From the human T2T-CHM13v2.0 reference genome, Homo sapiens: a stretch of DNA of 64,000 nt. Each line of letters begins with the position of its first letter. The stretch's first letter is position 1. Made by a program: the position numbers and the translations under genes. The stretch lies in NCBI RefSeq assembly GCF_009914755.1, contig NC_060925.1. The stretch is one strand, 5' to 3'. Positions 57,771 through 64,000 of the stretch are shown here, in pieces. The notes below the pieces were generated by a model. That model was not told the DNA's origin. It saw only the letters and a program-made list of their open reading frames with translations, and did not search any database.

Positions 57771-60014
57771 ATGACTTTCACAGGGAAAGGAGGATGGGGT
57801 AGGGGTAGGAGAAAATGAAAAGAAAAAAAATATTGAAATGAAAATAATGAAATGAAAGAAAATATTCCAGATAATCATGAATACAACATTCCAGGCCTGG
57901 ATGCTCCCTCCCCCATGTCCTGTTCAGAGTGACCTCCCCCGAGTGGCTTGGGACACAGCATGGATTTGTCTCTCTCCAAAGATGCTCCTTCATTTCACAA
58001 CAGCCTTGACTTGAAAAGTACCAGCAGGAGATTGGGGCCTCTGATGCCTGCTGATATGTTCACTGGGAAAATCAATTACAGCATAATTACCTCGGGGGGT
58101 TAATTAGCCTCGCGTAGCCTGGGTGTCCTCTGTGAACAGAGCAGCCCGTCAGCCCCCGGTCAGCGAGCAGGGGCGGCTGAGGCAGAGGTTTCCCAGTGAG
58201 AAGCTTGCCTTCGGCTGGAAAGGGGCCCCAGCCAGTTGGGGAGTGGATGGTGCAGCTGCTGGGGCTGGCAGAGGCGGGTGGTGCTGATAGAAGCAAGTCT
58301 CTGCCTAATTTAAGCTCCCCCACACCATGGGTGCCCACAGATGTAGAGACTGACAACTGCAGCAGCAAGAATTACAGAACAGTGCAAGTTCTCAGGCCAG
58401 CAGTGGCCGGAAATCACTCGAATCAGGGGGAAGGCACGGAGCCCTGAGCAGCTCAGGAAGCTAGCTGTCTGAGGGCAGAGGCTGGGGCACCACCAACAGC
58501 CCCTGCAAACATTCTCTTCCAGAGACATAAAGACACAGGAGAAAGTCAGGAGGCACCATCCCTGGTCACGATCAAGAATAAAATGGGATTGAAGTAGCTC
58601 TGTCTTTGAAAGGCAGTGTCTGTGCTCTCCTAACTCCTCTCTGCACAGATGAATGAGGGCCTGGATGCAGTAAGAGCTCTCCCACCGACAGCCCTGCATT
58701 GTCCGGGATATGGTGTCTTGTGGATGGATTGCATCTATCTGGTCTATGAAAGGTCCGGATATGAAGGAAGGGGAAGCACCACTTCTTCTTTTATGTTACT
58801 TGGGAATATTGTAAAGAATTTAAAAATGGTTTTATAATTAAATATGAGTTCAAATGTTGGCTCTGCCACTTATCAGCGGTATAAACTTGGGCATGTCACT
58901 CAATTTCTCTGAGCCTCATTTTCTTCATCTGTACAGTGGGGGTGAGAATACTTATTTCCCATGGTGGTTGTGAGGATTAAATGTAATTTACTCACATTAA
59001 ATAAATAATTTCTACCTCTTCAAATAACCTATCTGTAGGTTAGCAGCACCCATTCTATCTTGAGGGTTTCTTTTTAAAACTGATCTGGGGTTTTGATATA
59101 ATCATAGAGACGTTCTAGAAGTTTCCCAATATTCTGTGACATAGGTGAGGACCAGAGTTGCTTTCCTTGGCCAGCAGGGAAAATGAAGCAGGGAAAAGGA
59201 TGGTGCAGCAGCTCAGGGAAGAGGCAGAAAAGGAGCAGCCTCTTCCTCCTTTCTTAAACATGCAGATCACTGGGTACCTGCCTGGGCCTTTATTCCTAGC
59301 CACCACCAGGAAAGTGCAGTTAGTTTCAAAGCATGAGTGACAGTTATAGACTAGGGAGCAGTGAAGAGGGAGCACAGAACACAACCAAAGTTAAATACAG
59401 CAACTCCTCTCCCAGGCCATTTGAAACCCAAGCAATTGCATTTTCATCCACATCATCTTCCTTTGGAATTTGCTATTTTGGAAACATCATTTTTTCCCCA
59501 GGATAATTAACTTCCTTTTCTTTCCATTAAAATGCATGAAAAAATTGGGACGGGGAGTAAATCCTGGGAAATGGCACGGTGGCTAATGTAGTGCCTGCCT
59601 TTACTCTCTTCTTCCATTTTCAGCTTTGCAACTCCGAGCTAATTGCGGCTCCTGAAATCACATTTCTGCTGAGAAAAGCTAAACCTGTTTTCTGAAATGT
59701 TCACCCACCATGGAGCCAATTTCTCCTCCTCACTTGGCTCAGCCAGCCTGGCAGGGAGACTGGGTTGGCTCTGCCTCCCTTGTCGTGTGCACGTGCACAC
59801 CAATGCGCTTGTACATTCATGCGCAGGCATGAGGATGCGCTTCCATACACTTACCTCTTATACCTAGACAGGGGCCGTTAAGATACACGCGAGAGGTTTC
59901 CTACACCCCCCCACATTAAACTCACTGTACGACAATAATTTGTCCACAGAGTCTCAATTTGCACTCCTCTCCCACTGTCTTGGGGTCAGCTCTTGGCCAC
60001 CCCTTCCTGCTCTA

Positions 60015-60242
<228 letters not shown>

Positions 60243-63047
60243 TCACAGATGAAACCAGAAAGGGCTGCTCACAATGCACCCTCCTCTTGCAGGTGTGATA
60301 GAAATGATAGAAACTCTTCCCCACCATGGATAACACCACCAATCATCATTATCATTGCAAGAATGACTGAGGAATTAGTAAATTGAGCCTCTTACCAGTC
60401 ACTTAAGGGCACTAGGAAGAATAATATTATTTAAGAATTCTGGCTCTAGATTGAATCAGATTAGGGCTTTAATTGTGGCCTCACTACTTCCTAGCAATGT
60501 GAGAGAGGATTCCACCTCCTTGAACCTCACTTACCTAATCTCTAACATGAAGATAATCGTTGTTTTTTTTTGTGAGGTTGGAATAAGATAATGTATATTA
60601 AGTGCTTAGCACAGTGCCTGTAACATATCTGATGCCCTATATATGTTTATTATGTTTTCTTTGAACTCGTGCTATATTCTTATGCTGCCATCTCTCTTAT
60701 TCTCCACTCTCACATATGGTCCTCATGCAGGAGGTAAGGGCTGCTTTCCTCCATTGAAGGAAAAATGAGGCTCAGGGAGAGATAATGACTCTTAGAGCTT
60801 AGTAAAATTAGTGACCCAAACTGGAATCTTCAAACTCCAACTTGCTTTGCTGCTTAATGGTAGGTCCTGAGAAGTGAGGACTGTTGTCTGGCAAACTGGA
60901 AATTGCATGGGTTTGAGACGGGAGTCAGCTTGGGGTTAAAGAAAGGCCAGGTGGCTAGCAGTGAGGGAAGCATTGCTGATTAAAAAAAAGGGGGTGACAC
61001 AGTCTGTTCCCAGCCCTTATGAATGGAGAATATGTCCCCAGAGAGGGCAAACTGGCTATTTAAATAGTAACATTTGGAGTGTGCAAACCCTTTGTCTTTT
61101 TTTTTGTCTCCTGCTGACTTAAAAGTGCTAGTATAACCAGCGAATTAGTGAACTGTGCTTCAGGTTCAGGAACCTGGTCTTAGCTCCTTGCCTGCTGAGA
61201 TTTTGAGTTACAAGTAGAATTCTCCAAAAGCAAAACACGTAAAAGTCATTTTTCCACTCTTTTGGTCAAGCACATGTAAGCTTTCAGGACCAGGTGGTAT
61301 GCCGTTGCTGAAAGTGAGACACATGCCCCAGGGAAAGGGTAATTTTAAAATTCTTCCCATAGGTCCTCATCCTGTTCCTCTGCTATGTCCAGCATCCTTT
61401 AGTCCCAGCTGCAGGGCCTATATTTAAATACCCTCATGCTTATCGCTTTGTAAGGTAGAGGGCAGGAAATGGGAATCTTAAAATGAATGAGTACACACTG
61501 AGCATCTATAAATATGTACCACATGGTTCATACCCATGAGCTCATTTGATCCTCACGGTGACCCTGAGAAGTGGGCATCCTTCCCTCCACTTCACAGATA
61601 AGGAGACTGGATGTAAAGGGGAACAGTCATTCATCTGAGTTCACACAGCTGTAAGTGAAAGAGCCAGCAGGTGAACCCCACTTTGCTGGATTCTAGAACC
61701 TGAGTCTTTAAATGGTGTGGTCCTCTCCACCCAGCCCAATGCGCAGCCGGCAGAGACACTCAGGCTAGTGGGTGGAGGTGATACGAATGTGAAGACAACG
61801 CTGTCTGTGCACTCTCAGAGCTTCTTCAACATTGCAAGAGTCACAAGTAGAGTTTCCGATGCAACAGCTCGGATGTGGCTGCTCTCTAAGCTCCAGGTGC
61901 TAAGGCAACCTCTGGGATCTAAGCCCAGATCCCCAGCAGGGTAATTGTCTCCTATGTTTTAGCAGTGAGAAAGTTTGGCCTGGGTATGAGGAGAAATAGA
62001 AAAAAATAATCCTCCTGGCTCCGTTCCTTTCTCCCAGTCTAAGTAGCCTTGATTTTAATGGCAGCATTTGGGACAGGGAGCTACAGCCCTAAAGATGCTG
62101 AAAAACTTGCAGCCCCTGCTATGGCCTTGCCCCCTACGCCATCTCCATTGGCTGATCCGTCAGGTGGAAGCAGAGGCTTGTGACAACCCTAGCTACTTGA
62201 AGTGTGGCAAGGCTTGTGGCTGAGGGTAGGAGGAGTGTGGGGGATAGGAATATATTCCAGGGGGGAAGGAGTTTAAATCCTACAGTGGCCTAAGTAGTAG
62301 ATCCTCACAGTGATGTGGCTCAGTTTGCGAGCTCTGAAATTAGACTGTCTTGGTTCCAATCCCAGCTCTTACTATCTGACTCGTGGCCCATTTCTTAATC
62401 TCTTTGGGTCTCAGTTTCCTCATCTAGAAAATGAGAATAATAATAGTACATACCTCTCAGAGTTATTGTGATGCTTAAGGAAAATAATCTCTAATAAATT
62501 ACTTAGTGAGTGTCTACCCATCACGAGTCCTCATCATATTGGAGTCACTTTTATCATTCTCGAGAGCAGGGTGGAATCTTGGCATTTGCTGCACTGAGGG
62601 TCGGGCCTAACTGGCACATGGGAGGAGCTCGACATGAGTTTATAGGACGATGAATAAGGGTCACCCTCATGGAGCACCCCTCCTTCTTCAGCCAGATCCC
62701 CTTCCTGAATTCTTTGCTCCCGATGTGAGCTGGACTCTGCATGCTGCTCTCTCCCGCCCACCTCAGGAACTGGAGAGCAGCCTTAAAAACCCTCTTTGTG
62801 CAGTGATTGTGACCAGGGCCAAGGACAGGGGAACAAGAGCCTGACTGGAAACAATATCTCCATTTCCAGGGAAACTAGCCGGACGTTCCTGCCTGCTGTT
62901 CTCCTAGGTCAGGTTCCACAGACACTTCAAAGCCTGCAGGAGCCAAAGAATAACGTGGATGGGCCGGCGGCCGCCCAGCGGATGCTCTGGTTGTAATAAA
63001 ACAGGGCTCCCAACAGGACTCCTTTGATGACTCCAAATGTTGCTTTA

Positions 63048-63281
<234 letters not shown>

Positions 63282-63941
63282 CTATAGGGAGACGGGCAGA
63301 GGCATGGGGCTCATGTGGCTCTCTATCACAGGGGTCAGGGATGCAGACAAACCCTGCATGCTGCTCAGATTATTATGACGCTCTTTCCCTGAATCCCAGT
63401 CACTAATGCCAAGAGAATCCCACCCAAGCCTCCTAGCTTGGCATTCAGTGCCCTGCATAATCGGATGCAAACTGACTCCTCCAGCTTTCTCCTCCACTGC
63501 TCTCCCGTGGAAAGCTTTGAATCTACCTTTCTCCAAACACATCTTCTTAAGCCCCTCTCTGTCTTTGTTGAGTTCCTATCTCATAAGGAATGCAACCGTC
63601 TCCCTACAACCTCCATCCTTTTAACCCACCCGTATTCTTCTAGCCCAGCTCAGCTCTACTTTCCCCAGGAGTCCTCTCCCACAACCCTGCAGATCTGCCT
63701 CAAACTGTCCATCCCCTGGTGTTGCCACTTTCTGTCTTGCACTGGCACTTTCCAGGATCTGCTGTGCCTCTTTTCACGTGTCTCCCTAAAAAGTCCATGT
63801 GTCTCCAGAGGCAGAGCTAATGCCCTCTTACTACTCTTGTAAGGCCGAGAGTCTCATCGAGCAGTCACCTGGCCAACCCCTGCGGTGGCCCTCTATTTCC
63901 GCACGAGCCTTACTTTAGCCAATGGTCCACTAGGGAGAAGT

Positions 63942-64000
63942 GCCCACAGCTTTCCGGACACAGACCTCATCAGCCCACAGCTTTCCGGGCACAGATCTCA
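63942..64000. repeat. 31-bp period tandem repeat, truncated by the window edge
   Basis: GCCCACAGCTTTCCGGACACAGACCTCATCA followed by a 28-nt copy with 2 mismatches. Confidence 0.9.

Noticed and set aside
62955-63005. GC-rich patch with a NotI site (62967-62974) as a CpG island or promoter
   Set aside because: Only ~30 bp long; far too short for an island.

Overview
Mammalian (primate, Alu-containing; most likely human chr1q32) genomic DNA holding the 3' part of PLXNA2 (plexin-A2, semaphorin receptor) on the minus strand. I traced 22 coding exons by hand. All introns are GT-AG, the phases join, and the spliced CDS is 3387 nt (1128 aa plus stop), running from the end of an IPT domain through PSI3, four further IPT domains, the transmembrane helix, and the split GAP domain with its Rho-binding insert, to the C-terminus ...LINAMSIES*. 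These would be exons 11-32 if the canonical model has 32 exons. A ~5 kb 3'UTR ends at a poly(A)-signal cluster near 2990-3180. The introns contain Alus, MIR/L2, an old L1, DNA transposons, two solo LTRs and several repeat-free, motif-dense blocks that look like enhancers. I see no second gene, RNA gene or demonstrably new biological system, and most listed ORFs are chance, shadow or repeat-derived. The best leads are regulatory: (i) a 60-nt 3'UTR hub of miR-26/137/30/200 seeds plus an ARE, lying distal to a well-formed proximal poly(A) site; (ii) RBFOX motifs and a pyrimidine-poor acceptor around the juxtamembrane/TM exons; (iii) tandem CTCF-like motifs beside the exon 18 donor; (iv) inverted Alus bracketing an in-frame 669-nt exon 13-17 block; (v) a HOX-PBX-MEIS motif cluster. 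All of these are unverified inferences.
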